From: Octopus vulgaris
Lineage: Eukaryota
Assembly (NCBI GenBank): GCA_951406725.2
Contig: OX597814.1
Location: forward strand, 95,728,001-95,792,000
Direction of reading: 5' to 3'
DNA length: 64,000 nucleotides
The position numbers and the translations under genes were made by a program. Positions 63,371 to 64,000 of the stretch are shown one piece after another; the stretch's first letter is position 1, and every line of letters begins with the position of its first letter. The notes beneath the pieces are model-generated. The model made no database searches, had not been told where the DNA came from, and saw nothing but the letters and a program-made list of their open reading frames with translations.

Positions 63371-64000
63371 TGTCACTATAAATAGGAGAGTATGAGACAG
63401 TACGAGAGAGTATGTGGTAGGCGGTCAGTGATAGTCGTGTCTTTACTAGTTTTACTAAGTATACTGTTCACTGAATTGGGCATTATAACAATCCAACATT
63501 ATCAGAATTATAATGGTGGCAATGAGGATTTAAACAACTCATGAGGAATTAATAAACTTGATGAGGATAAACCCATTCACGTGGACTTAATAGAAACTTG
63601 AAGAAGAGTTAATAAACTCACAAAGTTTTGTTGTGTGAAGTTTATGAAAAAAGTCAAAAAATTATGGAAAATTTGTTGGCCAGTTTTCTTGAGTTGCAAA
63701 AACAGCAACAAAAGCTGAAAGAACACCAGCAGGAGCTACAACTGCAAGAACAACAGCTGAAGCAACAACAACATCACCAACAACAGTAGCAGATACAACT
63801 GTAAGAGCAACAACAGAAGCAATAACAACAACCAATAATATTACAGCAACAAATGCTGCAATTACTGAAGTCTTCAGGAAAGTAAGAAAAAGTGTTCACG
63901 ACAGACTATGTCACAAACTCCATAACAGAATTCAAATACGAACCTGACAAAGGAGTTACCTTGAAGCATACTGCAGAGAATACAAGCAAATATATATATA
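63371..64000 (+). mobile_element. Ty3/Gypsy LTR retrotransposon 5' part (short LTR, PBS, decayed gag with poly-Q)
   Basis: TGTCAC start; PBS-like TGGCAATGAGG at 63517-63527 (CpG-decayed TGGCGACGAGG, complementary to the tRNA-Ser(GCT) 3' end); MENLLASFLELQKQQQ...SITEFKYEPDKGVT resembles Mag/K02A2.6-like gag; internal stops. Confidence 0.65.

Overview
AT-rich animal genomic DNA dense in microsatellites and transposon relics. The repeat landscape (tRNA-SINEs, RTE LINEs with (GAT)n tails, Penelope-like relics) suggests an octopus or other coleoid cephalopod; this is inference, not a database match. One protein-coding gene can be rebuilt by hand on the minus strand: a three-dsRBD RISC-loading cofactor of the TRBP/PACT/Loquacious family. 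It has six GT-AG coding exons at 19859->10521 giving an intact 312-aa frame. It also has a probable 27-nt ATG-starting micro-exon at 25806-25780, a putative non-coding first exon/promoter near 53.5 kb, and a ~3.8-kb transposon-free 3' UTR ending near 6.73 kb. Almost everything else is decayed mobile DNA: several SINE families; RTE, CR1/L2-group and Penelope-like retroelements; mariner/Tc1, hAT, piggyBac-type and Merlin-like elements; and the start of a Ty3/Gypsy element. Nearly all ORFs in the supplied track are microsatellite or TE artefacts. The most interesting observations are (1) a Penelope-like 3' end carrying a tRNA-like Pol III module next to a hammerhead-like remnant, (2) several fossil minimal hammerhead ribozymes, (3) splice options at the gene's 5' end that could tune its N-terminus and Kozak context, and (4) a variable-copy 66-nt structured repeat in the RTE 3' UTR. 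No new biological system can be demonstrated from the sequence alone. TE boundaries are approximate unless TSDs are quoted.
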